Notes under the pieces: model-generated | Seen by the model: the letters and a program-made list of their open reading frames with translations, nothing else | Databases searched by the model: none | What the model was told of the DNA's origin: nothing | Virus record (IMG/VR): IMGVR_UViG_3300032093_000005 | Reading direction: 5' to 3' (one strand) | From: a virus | Taxonomy: Duplodnaviria; Caudoviricetes | Length of the DNA stretch: 64,000 nt | Shown: piece after piece, positions 1 to 9,045 of the stretch | Numbering within the stretch: position 1 is the stretch's first letter | Layout: the number at the start of each line of letters is the position of its first letter | Position numbers and translations under genes: made by a program

Positions 1-112
1 ACAGGATTTTGAAGAACAACTACAGGATCTCCATCATTTTCATCTATCATAACTAATGATAGAATTTCTTCTCCTGATACTAGTTTAATAATTGCGTAAA
101 ACTCTTCTCCCA

Positions 113-1576
113 TCAGTTCTTTAGCGGTATGTTTACAATATCATAATTGAAATTTTCTTCATTATAAACTTTGATTCTTTCGATTAAGTGATTGAGTGTA
201 TAATTCTTTCTTGACTTATAACTGATATCATCGGCAATATCATATAAAGTTGCTTTGGTCTTATTGTCACCTTTTCTTAGAACTCTTCCGATTGATTGAA
301 GATTTCTGATTCTTGACTTTGATGGAGAAGCAAAGATAACATTGTGTAGATTTTTAATGTTAATACCAGTAGAGAAAGTTCCATAAGAAGCAACGATGAT
401 AGCGTTGTTTTCTTTTTCAGTAATTTCTCTAACTTTTTCTCGGTCTTCTGTATCAACACCACCATGCACAAAAAATACGTGGCGTTGTTCGACGGTGCTA
501 TTATTTATGAGGTCGTATAAAGGTTGTCCGTGACCTTCGACTCTGGAAAATAGAATTAAAGTATTTCCTTTGAGATCAAGTGCAAGGTTTCTGATGAATT
601 TATTACGTTTCTCATGATTGATAATATATTGGACTTCTTCTTCAAAGTTTTCAAATTTATGTGGTGAGTGTTTCAATAGAAGTATATTGATGTCAAGTTT
701 GGCAACGTGACCTTTCTGCATCAGTTCTTCTGTTCTGATGATTTTATAAGAAGGACCAAATAAACCTTCCAGAACCCATTTGTGTGTTTGTGTACCGTCC
801 AATGTTCCTGTAAAACCGTAACGATATTTTGCATCAGAAAGTTTTGTCATTATAGATACTAATGACTTTGATTTAAACTGGTGTGCTTCATCTCCAACGA
901 CCACATTAAATCTTGAGAAATATTGTCGGGGAAGTTTGTAGATGGACTGCCAGGTTGTAATGATCACCTGAGAATCCGTTTCTCTTTCTTTTCCCGCATA
1001 GATCTTGTGGCAGTATGAACCCACGTCCCACCCATAATCTGCAAAGTCTTTATACATCTGCTCTACAAGGGATGTCGTCGGAACGACTATCAGAATATTT
1101 TGTCCTTTCTCAACGTAATATCTCACAATCGAGTATATCATCAACGACTTTCCAGAAGCAGTTGGAGATATCAACAACTTTCGATTATGTTTTAAAGCGT
1201 CGTATACTCCCTCAACTTGGTATTCGCGGGGAGCATACTTGCAAATAGAAGTCATATAGTCTTTAACTCCTTCTTTTGAAATCATATCATTGACTTCAAA
1301 TGGGAGACCATAATATTTGTTATTTCTAAACTCATAAGTGTAGTTGTGTTGTTCACAAAATCTTATGAGTTTATCTAATAAACCAACGTATATTTCTTGC
1401 GTATTGACATTAAACAGATAAATGAATCCATCCCACCACTTATTTTTATAAGCGGGAGCAAACTTGGCATTCGGAACTTCAAATTGAAATGCGTCTCTTA
1501 ATTCATAGTAGACGTGTGGTTCTGCTTCAACCTGAAGATATACCTCATTCTTTTTTGAGATAATCAAATGTGACAT
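113..1576 (-). CDS. uvsW: UvsW SF2 DNA helicase
   Basis: Walker A SPTASGKS, DEAH box, TGT motif III, QSIGRVLR motif VI; T4-like synteny after uvsY. Confidence 0.96.
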   Translation of the reverse strand: MSHLIISKKNEVYLQVEAEPHVYYELRDAFQFEVPNAKFAPAYKNKWWDGFIYLFNVNTQEIYVGLLDKLIRFCEQHNYTYEFRNNKYYGLPFEVNDMISKEGVKDYMTSICKYAPREYQVEGVYDALKHNRKLLISPTASGKSLMIYSIVRYYVEKGQNILIVVPTTSLVEQMYKDFADYGWDVGSYCHKIYAGKERETDSQVIITTWQSIYKLPRQYFSRFNVVVGDEAHQFKSKSLVSIMTKLSDAKYRYGFTGTLDGTQTHKWVLEGLFGPSYKIIRTEELMQKGHVAKLDINILLLKHSPHKFENFEEEVQYIINHEKRNKFIRNLALDLKGNTLILFSRVEGHGQPLYDLINNSTVEQRHVFFVHGGVDTEDREKVREITEKENNAIIVASYGTFSTGINIKNLHNVIFASPSKSRIRNLQSIGRVLRKGDNKTKATLYDIADDISYKSRKNYTLNHLIERIKVYNEENFNYDIVNIPLKN

Positions 1577-1609
1577 TCATAACATATCAGTTATGAATAT
1601 TTATTTCGA

Positions 1610-2041
1610 TTAATTAAACCCTGCCTGGAATCTGTGCCATTCCACTGCGTTCTTGATTTGAAATGTTCTATTTGATATGCACTTAATTACTTCTTCAAGA
1701 AACTTAAGCATAATGTCATAATATCGAATCTTGAGATCAATTTTATTCAACCTCTCATCGGCATCCAGGTGCCTCTGTAGTGCTTCTTTATCTCTGACTT
1801 TATATGGGAAAGGATCTTCCTCATAGACCTCTGCTGGTGCCTTTCCCGTGTAGTAGTTGTATCTCTCAAGTCTCACCTTACTATAGGTCTCTCTTGCCTT
1901 TTCTCTAAGTAGGGTAATTGTATTGTAGATGGTATAATACTTTGCGTGAAGTTGAGGAATTTTTAAAGATTCATCATGTAAGTTATCAGGGTCGATAACA
2001 GAATCTCTCTGCCACATCTCCTGGATTTCATCAAGATTCAT
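1610..2041 (-). CDS. uvsY: UvsY recombination mediator
   Basis: 143 aa helical protein with QIKNAVEW C-terminus, between gp3 and uvsW. Confidence 0.9.
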   Translation of the reverse strand: MNLDEIQEMWQRDSVIDPDNLHDESLKIPQLHAKYYTIYNTITLLREKARETYSKVRLERYNYYTGKAPAEVYEEDPFPYKVRDKEALQRHLDADERLNKIDLKIRYYDIMLKFLEEVIKCISNRTFQIKNAVEWHRFQAGFN

Positions 2042-2592
2042 AAGGGAGTTCTACCGTCAGAGGAAAGGATATTATACACAGTATACTTGAAAGACGCCTG
2101 TGCTGTAAAGTATTGAATATCTGTGGCAGTTGAATTAAATTCTAACGATGATAAAGAAACTGGAAATAAGTCTTTAAATTTTACAATAGCACTCGTATTG
2201 TAATTGCTGTTAAGAATATATAAACTTCCATCACTGAATGCTTCCTTTGAATCTCTTAAATTATCCTCATTTGTGGTTAAATTTTTATATTGCTCTGCTG
2301 TTTCTGGAAATCCAAGTCCTGTAATCCAATTGTGAATCGCCATATAATTTTGCAATTTTTCATCAATTAAAAATGTTATTGTAAAATCTTCATATGTAAT
2401 TTTATCGCCAGGAACATCAATATCTTTCAAATAGTTTGATTGCAATTCAGTTCCTAATGTAATTTGTGGAATTTGTGCATTATTACAAAAAAACGCTACC
2501 TTTGGTTCTTTTGACAACGTGAATTTAAATCCAACTGGAGATAAAAAATTCCTGTTTTGGATTTGATTTGCAAATGCGTTCGTAGTCGCCAT
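2038..2592 (-). CDS. gp3: tail tube terminator / tail completion protein (gp3)
   Basis: NRNFLSPVGFKF N-terminus, tail-tube-like fold features, cyanophage position downstream of gp23. Confidence 0.85.
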   Translation of the reverse strand: MATTNAFANQIQNRNFLSPVGFKFTLSKEPKVAFFCNNAQIPQITLGTELQSNYLKDIDVPGDKITYEDFTITFLIDEKLQNYMAIHNWITGLGFPETAEQYKNLTTNEDNLRDSKEAFSDGSLYILNSNYNTSAIVKFKDLFPVSLSSLEFNSTATDIQYFTAQASFKYTVYNILSSDGRTPL

Positions 2593-2613
2593 TATTTTTA
2601 TTTTTATTTAGAT

Positions 2614-2638
2614 AAAAAAAGACCCCCTTGCGGGGGTC
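2614..2638 (-). terminator. intrinsic terminator after major capsid gene
   Basis: GACCCCC-4nt-GGGGGTC stem followed by 7 T on minus strand. Confidence 0.9.
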
Positions 2639-2659
2639 TGATGGATATGTGAATCGAAA

Positions 2660-4081
2660 TCACATAAGATTTGAAACCTTAACTCTTCTGTAGTATACGT
2701 TAGAGTTGGTAGCAATGTTACCACTTGTTGCATCTGGAGCAGTAGCTCCCTTAGCAAATGGATTGTTAACGACTCCATAACGAGTCTTAAATCCGATTTT
2801 TGGTTGGAAGGTTTGCTCACCAACAGCACGTACCATCTGGAGAGGTACGTATGGGCAGTAGAAGAGACCTGCATCGTAAGGCGAGGTGCCCTTATAACCG
2901 ACAACGTAGAACTGGTTAGCAGCAACGTTTGCCGAATATGGGTCAATATAGACTCTGTACTTACCTTGAAGGACACCAGCAAAGGTGTTGCCAGTATCAT
3001 CAACGTTCAGATTAGCGTTAAGTGCAGGGGTGTAATCGAGAACACCAGCCATGGTTAGTGCTGAAGCAACGTCTGCCGAGCACAGGATAGTGTTACCCTT
3101 TCCTCTACGAGTTTGCTGTGCAATTGCGTTTGCATCGCGCTCGATTTGGAAGATGAGACCCTTGAACTTCTCAACCGACCAACGACCGTTAGAGTCAACA
3201 TCAAGGTCAAAAGTACCTTGGGTTGCAGTGTTAACCTGAGCACCAGGAACAGCAATCTTATAGATGGTACGGATGATTTCTCTGTTGATTTCAGCGAGGA
3301 TCTCAGTGCTGAGGATGTTTGCAAGCTCAGCTTCTGCATTCAGACCGTGAATTGCCTTCAGGTCTTGTGCAAGTTCGAGTGAGTACTCAGCTTTCAGAGC
3401 ACGTGACTTAGCAGTAACGGTGAGCTTCTCGATTGAGAAAGCCATCTCGTTAAAGTAGTTGGTATTGCCGTCGCCAAGTGCTTCAGCATTACCAGTGGTC
3501 ATTGCTTCACCAACGTTATACTGGTTAGCACCAGCAGCAGCGTTAGTTGATTGATCAGTTGGGCTGAGAAGTGCTGGGTTGCGGTTGCTATCTTGAGTTG
3601 TAGTACCTAAACCAACAGCTCCATCGATGAATCCTGCATTGAGGTTACGGGAGTTATTCTGACCAGAGAATGCAGAATCAGCTTCGTTGTAGAATGCTTC
3701 AGTTCCAGATTGATTCTGATAACGTGAACGCATTGCGAAGATGAGTCCAGTAGGACCATTCATTGGTTGAACACCGCACAGATCATAAGCGATCAGGTTG
3801 GGCATTGAACGTCTGATCAGTGAGATCAGAACTGGATCGAAACCAGCAACAGGTGAACCTGTAGTATTTGATGCGCTACCACCAAAACCGCCGGTACCGG
3901 CAGAGTTGGTTGGGGATGCTTCGTAAAGGAATGAACGCTCTTCACGAAGTTCTCTTTCTTGGTTTTCGAGCAGGATAGCGGTTACCGATCTACGATGTGA
4001 ATCTTTGATTGGATCCATTCCTTGATAATCAAGGATTGGTGCCCACTTCTCCTGCAGATATTCGGAGTTGTACATCTGCAT
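2660..4081 (-). CDS. gp23: major capsid protein (gp23)
   Basis: KWAPILD, GVQPMNGPTGLIFAMR, EMAFSIEK..AKSRALKAEYSLELAQDLKAIHGL, YCPYVPL motifs. Confidence 0.99.
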   Translation of the reverse strand: MQMYNSEYLQEKWAPILDYQGMDPIKDSHRRSVTAILLENQERELREERSFLYEASPTNSAGTGGFGGSASNTTGSPVAGFDPVLISLIRRSMPNLIAYDLCGVQPMNGPTGLIFAMRSRYQNQSGTEAFYNEADSAFSGQNNSRNLNAGFIDGAVGLGTTTQDSNRNPALLSPTDQSTNAAAGANQYNVGEAMTTGNAEALGDGNTNYFNEMAFSIEKLTVTAKSRALKAEYSLELAQDLKAIHGLNAEAELANILSTEILAEINREIIRTIYKIAVPGAQVNTATQGTFDLDVDSNGRWSVEKFKGLIFQIERDANAIAQQTRRGKGNTILCSADVASALTMAGVLDYTPALNANLNVDDTGNTFAGVLQGKYRVYIDPYSANVAANQFYVVGYKGTSPYDAGLFYCPYVPLQMVRAVGEQTFQPKIGFKTRYGVVNNPFAKGATAPDATSGNIATNSNVYYRRVKVSNLM

Positions 4082-4129
4082 TGGGAATTACCTCTTTAAA
4101 AAGTTTTGTTTGACTATATTATATAAAAA

Positions 4130-5308
4130 TCACTTTTTAGCGACTCTACTGAGAGTTTGAAGATATGCTTCCATGACAGGGGAAACTGAAGTTAATTCAG
4201 ATCCATCATGCGACACTTCTTCAGATAGGTTCTCAGAGAAATCTCTTTGAGTACCAGTATTTGTTGGGAAATATGATTCCCTCAGAGTTACCAGTTTCTC
4301 ACGATAGTTTGCTTCACTATCAAACTCAACATTTTCGGCAAGAGAAGCGAGTTTGTCTTTCTGAGAAAGTGCAAGACCTTCAGCGACATCTGCAAAAATT
4401 ACATCAGCAACTGACTCTGCTAATCTTCTATTGAGAGCAACGTTTCTTTCGATTTGCTCGTTGAGTTTTTCTTCCATTTCATCAAGTTTATCTACCATAC
4501 TCTCGATAACATCATATCTATCTTCAGGGATTGAAACATAATGATCTTCAAAAAGACTCTTCATTCCTTGAAGGAATGATTCGGTCATTTCAGTCTTAAG
4601 ACCGTGCTCGATAGCGAGTGCATTTTCTTGAATCCACTCGTCGGCAACGTACTCAAGATAAGTATCTACACGCTCAGTTAATTCTTCTTTGATAAACTGA
4701 ACTTCTTCAATAAGTGCATTTTCATAAGTTTGCTGAAGTTCTTCTTTAATTTCAGAAACTTTTGAACGAATAGCAGCTTCGAAGATGGTGCGGGCTTTCT
4801 CTTGGAATTCCTCAGAAAGCTCTTCACCAGCAAGGAGAGCGTTGACATCTTCTTCGATGTCAAACTCTTCTTCCATTTTCTTCTTACCTTTTTTCTTACC
4901 ACCTTCTTCTTCTTCCTCCTCTTCTTCTTCCTCTTCTTCTTCCTCTTCTTCGTGCTTCTTGCCTTTCTTGCCTTCAGCAACTACCTCTTCATCTTCGTCG
5001 AGTTCTTCTTCATCGACAAGATCCTCATCCTCTTCAGTTTCTTCTGCAGCCATGGTTTTCATGGGTTCAGCAGCAGCTGCTTTAGCATTAACTACATTTC
5101 TTACCTGAGCAAGAGTTGATCCAGGTGTTTTAAGTGCAGCGGAATCGTCATCTGGACGATAATTTTCTGGAGTAGGACCACCTAAATCTTCCCAAGCGCC
5201 AGTTTGACCTGGAGTAATGGCTCCAGTTCCAGTTTGCATTGGTTCGGCAGGTGCAGCCCCTTTGGTTACTACGTTTTCCATTTCTTGTAAATTTCTACCA
5301 ACGGACAT
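4130..5308 (-). CDS. gp22: prohead core scaffolding protein (gp22)
   Basis: DLGGPTPEN, TIFEAA, YLEYVADEW motifs; acidic coiled coil between gp21 and gp23. Confidence 0.95.
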   Translation of the reverse strand: MSVGRNLQEMENVVTKGAAPAEPMQTGTGAITPGQTGAWEDLGGPTPENYRPDDDSAALKTPGSTLAQVRNVVNAKAAAAEPMKTMAAEETEEDEDLVDEEELDEDEEVVAEGKKGKKHEEEEEEEEEEEEEEEEGGKKKGKKKMEEEFDIEEDVNALLAGEELSEEFQEKARTIFEAAIRSKVSEIKEELQQTYENALIEEVQFIKEELTERVDTYLEYVADEWIQENALAIEHGLKTEMTESFLQGMKSLFEDHYVSIPEDRYDVIESMVDKLDEMEEKLNEQIERNVALNRRLAESVADVIFADVAEGLALSQKDKLASLAENVEFDSEANYREKLVTLRESYFPTNTGTQRDFSENLSEEVSHDGSELTSVSPVMEAYLQTLSRVAKK

Positions 5309-5348
5309 TTGTTTAGATATTTGGATATAATCTATATTTATTTATAAA

Positions 5349-5999
5349 TTATAGATTTGAAAGAAAATCGTTGAAAAGATTGAGTTTATGCTCTTCAAGT
5401 TTTCTTTGATCAACGAGAGTATTAATTCTTCTTTGAGTCTGTTCGGCAAGTTTTTCACGAAGAATTCCACCTTCCCAAACCCACTCTTTTCCTTCCATAA
5501 TTCCTTGCACAAAAGCATCAGGTGCAGAAGGATCGGCAACAATGTCAGCAGCAGTCGCAAGCATGAAATCTTCACCAACAATTTTATGACCTTCATTGGT
5601 CATCTTTAGTGAACCAACACCACGAGAAGAAACACCAAGACAAACTCCCTCACCAATAAGAGATTTTGCAATCTTACCCATTGGCGTTTCAAGAAGTTGT
5701 GCCTTACCTCTAAAATTTGATCCTTCACAAGTAAGAGAAACAATCTTGTGAGAAACACGATCAAGATTTACAGTTGGACCATCAGGATGTCCAAGTTCTC
5801 CAAGAGCACGACCTTTATTGACAAATGCTTCCGTGTATCTTTTCACCTCTCTGGAAAGAGTTTCCATAGGATACATTCTTCCGTTACGGTTACAAATGTC
5901 ACCCTGAAGGAAAATACCTTCAATAAACATTTTTTTATCAGCACCTTTTCCTTCGGTGATGAATTTTACTTGTGATACTTCTTCTGTGATGAGTTTCAT
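5349..5999 (-). CDS. gp21: prohead protease (gp21)
   Basis: MKLITE start, NRNGRMYP, GELGHP, GVSSRG, DIVADPSAP. Confidence 0.98.
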   Translation of the reverse strand: MKLITEEVSQVKFITEGKGADKKMFIEGIFLQGDICNRNGRMYPMETLSREVKRYTEAFVNKGRALGELGHPDGPTVNLDRVSHKIVSLTCEGSNFRGKAQLLETPMGKIAKSLIGEGVCLGVSSRGVGSLKMTNEGHKIVGEDFMLATAADIVADPSAPDAFVQGIMEGKEWVWEGGILREKLAEQTQRRINTLVDQRKLEEHKLNLFNDFLSNL

Positions 6000-6001
6000 T
6001 T

Positions 6002-6529
6002 TTATTCGGAAACTAGTTGAACTATTTCGGTAATACTAATATTTGTCGTTGCTCCATCTGCAAGTGCCGCAACTTTTACACTTCTTGATAGGGTCGCATC
6101 AGTAACAGTAATTACTCCAACAACTGATGAGGTATTTGCTGAGATTGTAACACTAGATTCAGTTAAATTTGTAATCAATTGATGGACAGTATTAATTCCA
6201 GCTGGTTGAGCATTTTCAATTGTTACATAGTCCCCAATCAAAAATGGATTTCCTGCATTTTCTGGAAGACTGATTACTGTGCTTGTTCCAGTTGTAATCC
6301 CAGATATTCTTTGTCTAGCTATTCTCTCTTTTAAAACTTCATTAGCATATGGGGAAATATAAAAAGAGTTCGTTGTTACTGTGGGATTACCTCCAGTTTC
6401 AACATAAACTGCGGTTAATCCAGCAGCAACTCTGATATAACCACTCTTTAAAGCAATTGGATTACTTGTTGCAGCAACAGAAACTGTTGGAGAAATTCTA
6501 TTTACATTTTGGACAACTTTAATTGCCAT
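6002..6529 (-). CDS. hypothetical beta-rich virion-associated protein
   Basis: 175 aa ORF in head gene cluster between gp20 and gp21. Confidence 0.7.
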   Translation of the reverse strand: MAIKVVQNVNRISPTVSVAATSNPIALKSGYIRVAAGLTAVYVETGGNPTVTTNSFYISPYANEVLKERIARQRISGITTGTSTVISLPENAGNPFLIGDYVTIENAQPAGINTVHQLITNLTESSVTISANTSSVVGVITVTDATLSRSVKVAALADGATTNISITEIVQLVSE

Positions 6530-6696
6530 TATTCTTCATCTCCTATTTGATCGGCATCACCGAACATCATCGCTGCAATTTCTGGACGAGCAGAATCTAC
6601 TCTTTCAGAAGCTTTAGCATATAGTAATTCTTTAATTTTGGTGGAAACATCTGAAGGTGCTCCATCAGTTGCAATCAAATCGATAAGTTCTTCCAT
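6529..6696 (-). CDS. small acidic protein at the T4 gp67/gp68 prohead-core position (55 aa, not in ORF track)
   Basis: Hand translation MEELIDLIATDGAPSDVSTKIKELLYAKASERVDSARPEIAAMMFGDADQIGDEE; TATAAATA late promoter at 6723-6730; stop overlaps next start. Confidence 0.75.
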   Translation of the reverse strand: MEELIDLIATDGAPSDVSTKIKELLYAKASERVDSARPEIAAMMFGDADQIGDEE

Positions 6697-6724
6697 AAAA
6701 TTTAGTTTATAATTATAAGATTAT

Positions 6725-8404
6725 TTATATCTTCCCACCTTTGGGTTCTGGTATTTCTACTGCTGTAGCATTTACAGTTGGTTCAAGTGGAACTTCTCCA
6801 CTAACACCTTGTTCTATTCCTTGTGCTTGATCTTGAGGAATGGGATTACCCATTTCATCAACAGGAGCATTTGGATCTGGTAAAATGCCCTTAGCAATTT
6901 CATCTTCAATTTGAAGATCAATCTCAATAATTTCAGAATCTGTTTGACGAAGAATTTTCTTACGAACATACTCAGTAGAATAGTATTTGCCAATGTATGG
7001 TTCAATCGTTGTTGCAAGAGTCAAGCGATTTGTTAATAATTCTGCTTCTTTTAATTCTGCAAAATGATTGTCATATAAGAAATCATATTGAATATGATCA
7101 CTCATCTTCTCCCAATCTTCTGGAGAAACAATGTTCTTAAGAAGTAACTGAGTGCGAAGAATATCATTGAAAAGATTAGCAAATCTTTTTCTAAGTCTTC
7201 CAACAAATTTAGAAAACATTAATTCATCACGAAGAATTTCTGATGATCTACCTAAATTAAATCCATCACCACCACCAGCAATTCTTGTTTCTGGAACTCC
7301 AAGTGCTCTATAAAGTTTCTTTTGGAAGTATTCAATATCCGAAAGTTCTCCAAGATTTTGTCCACCGGGAAGAGTAGTAATTTCAGTCCCTCTACCACCT
7401 TCTCTTCTTGGAAGCCAAAAATCTTCAAGCATACTCATAAATTTACGATCATCACGAACTTCGCCTGTATTAGCATCATAAACAAGTTTATTCCTATAGC
7501 GAGACATAACCTCTTTGAGGTACTGTTCTGCTTTTACTTTTGGAAGATTTCCTACATCAATGTAGAATATTCTACGTTCTGGAGCTCTAGATAGTCTATA
7601 AATTACAAGAGAATCCTCAATCATTCTTAACTGATTGAGTCCTTTAATTGCTTTGTGAAGATATGAAAGAACGGTTCCTTTATTTCTATCTACTAAACCC
7701 GATGTGCAATAAGTTACAGAATCTTTTGCGATTTTGATTCCTTTTTTTGAACCACCACTGATTGTCCCCGTTGGGAAATTTGGCATAGGAGTATATACAA
7801 AATACTCCTCAATTTCTGGAAAGTTGAATTGATCAGCATCATTTCCAGTTCTTAAATTTAAATTTCTATATCCATTTAATCCATTTTCCGTCTTTTTTTC
7901 CTGACGGACATGTTTCATTTTCATTGGATCAATATATCTAATTTCCTGAATTCCTGCCTCAGGATTTTTTTGATCGATGACTTTTAAATAAAATAGTCTA
8001 CCATCAATATACCAATTTCTGAAAATTTCATGACACTTTTTATCAAAGTCCATGACTTCTTTAATATATTTAAATTCTGCTCTAATAACATCTTTCAATC
8101 TATCACTTGCATTCAAATTTGAAAGTTCAATCTCAACAGGAGAATCATAAAGATCACTAACAATTGCTTCATTAACAATGTTTTCAATTGCACTGTCACA
8201 CTCTGGATGAAGTGCCATTTCACGATAACGACGAATTAAATCGTACTCTGTTCTGTAAACACCTTCAATATCTACATATTGTCCATAAAATCCAGACTGA
8301 ATAAAATAGTCAACCCCGTCCTCATTACTGGGAGGAACGGGGGCAACAACAGATTTCGATTTTTTTACATTATCCTCAATCGAAAAACCAAAAAGTTTCG
8401 CCAT
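6725..8404 (-). CDS. gp20: portal protein (gp20)
   Basis: MAKLFGFSI, YRLSRAPERRIFYIDVGNLPK, EDFWLPRREGGRGTEITTLPGGQNLG. Confidence 0.99.
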   Translation of the reverse strand: MAKLFGFSIEDNVKKSKSVVAPVPPSNEDGVDYFIQSGFYGQYVDIEGVYRTEYDLIRRYREMALHPECDSAIENIVNEAIVSDLYDSPVEIELSNLNASDRLKDVIRAEFKYIKEVMDFDKKCHEIFRNWYIDGRLFYLKVIDQKNPEAGIQEIRYIDPMKMKHVRQEKKTENGLNGYRNLNLRTGNDADQFNFPEIEEYFVYTPMPNFPTGTISGGSKKGIKIAKDSVTYCTSGLVDRNKGTVLSYLHKAIKGLNQLRMIEDSLVIYRLSRAPERRIFYIDVGNLPKVKAEQYLKEVMSRYRNKLVYDANTGEVRDDRKFMSMLEDFWLPRREGGRGTEITTLPGGQNLGELSDIEYFQKKLYRALGVPETRIAGGGDGFNLGRSSEILRDELMFSKFVGRLRKRFANLFNDILRTQLLLKNIVSPEDWEKMSDHIQYDFLYDNHFAELKEAELLTNRLTLATTIEPYIGKYYSTEYVRKKILRQTDSEIIEIDLQIEDEIAKGILPDPNAPVDEMGNPIPQDQAQGIEQGVSGEVPLEPTVNATAVEIPEPKGGKI

Positions 8405-8435
8405 TTTATAATTTTAGACTGCTTGTATATTTTAT

Positions 8436-9026
8436 TTAGTTGATGTCTGTTCCACCTGCTGCAGGTGAATTACCCTTCATTGCTTCCCACCAGAGAATTT
8501 GGAACTCTGCAGTAAATTCTTGAATTGTACTAGTATTGTAATCAAGAGTAATTGCACCGATAGAAGTTGGGAAAATATCATAGAAATGATATGCTCTCAA
8601 AGTTGATCCATCACGATCAAGTTGATAAACAAAAGCATCTGCAGTATATGCAGTTGGATCGGTTTCGCCAGTATTATCAGAAACTCTGTTAATTTTGTTC
8701 ATCCAGTTTTCCATAGCGGAACGGATTGCAAAATCGGTATCATTGATAACTGTCACAGTCCAACTTTCGAAAGATCTGTCTCCAGCGACTTTCAAAGTTC
8801 TTCCCCTAAAGGGAACATCAATTGCTGCCACATTAGATGCCGGTAAGTTTGCACCCTTAACTAAGAATCTTGCTTTATCAAGAACATTAGTATCTGCAGG
8901 TGCAATATCGGGAAATGAAAGAACAACTTCAAAAAGATTACTTCTTGCACCACCACCAGTTAACTTACTTTTGAAGTCAGTAATCTTTCTTAGGGGAGGT
9001 GGATTTAATTGTTGTCTAGTTGCCAT
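8436..9026 (-). CDS. gp19: tail tube protein (gp19)
   Basis: GGARSNLFEV, VPFRGR.LKVAGDRSF..WTVTVIND.DF. Confidence 0.97.
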   Translation of the reverse strand: MATRQQLNPPPLRKITDFKSKLTGGGARSNLFEVVLSFPDIAPADTNVLDKARFLVKGANLPASNVAAIDVPFRGRTLKVAGDRSFESWTVTVINDTDFAIRSAMENWMNKINRVSDNTGETDPTAYTADAFVYQLDRDGSTLRAYHFYDIFPTSIGAITLDYNTSTIQEFTAEFQILWWEAMKGNSPAAGGTDIN

Positions 9027-9045
9027 AGTTTTTTAAACCTCTAAA

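Noticed and set aside
1-112. Partial ORF downstream of uvsW
   Set aside because: Truncated by the window edge and too short to assign
4678-5119. Lys-rich, Ser-rich and Phe-rich alternative ORFs
   Set aside because: Alternate-frame readings of the gp22 GAA repeat
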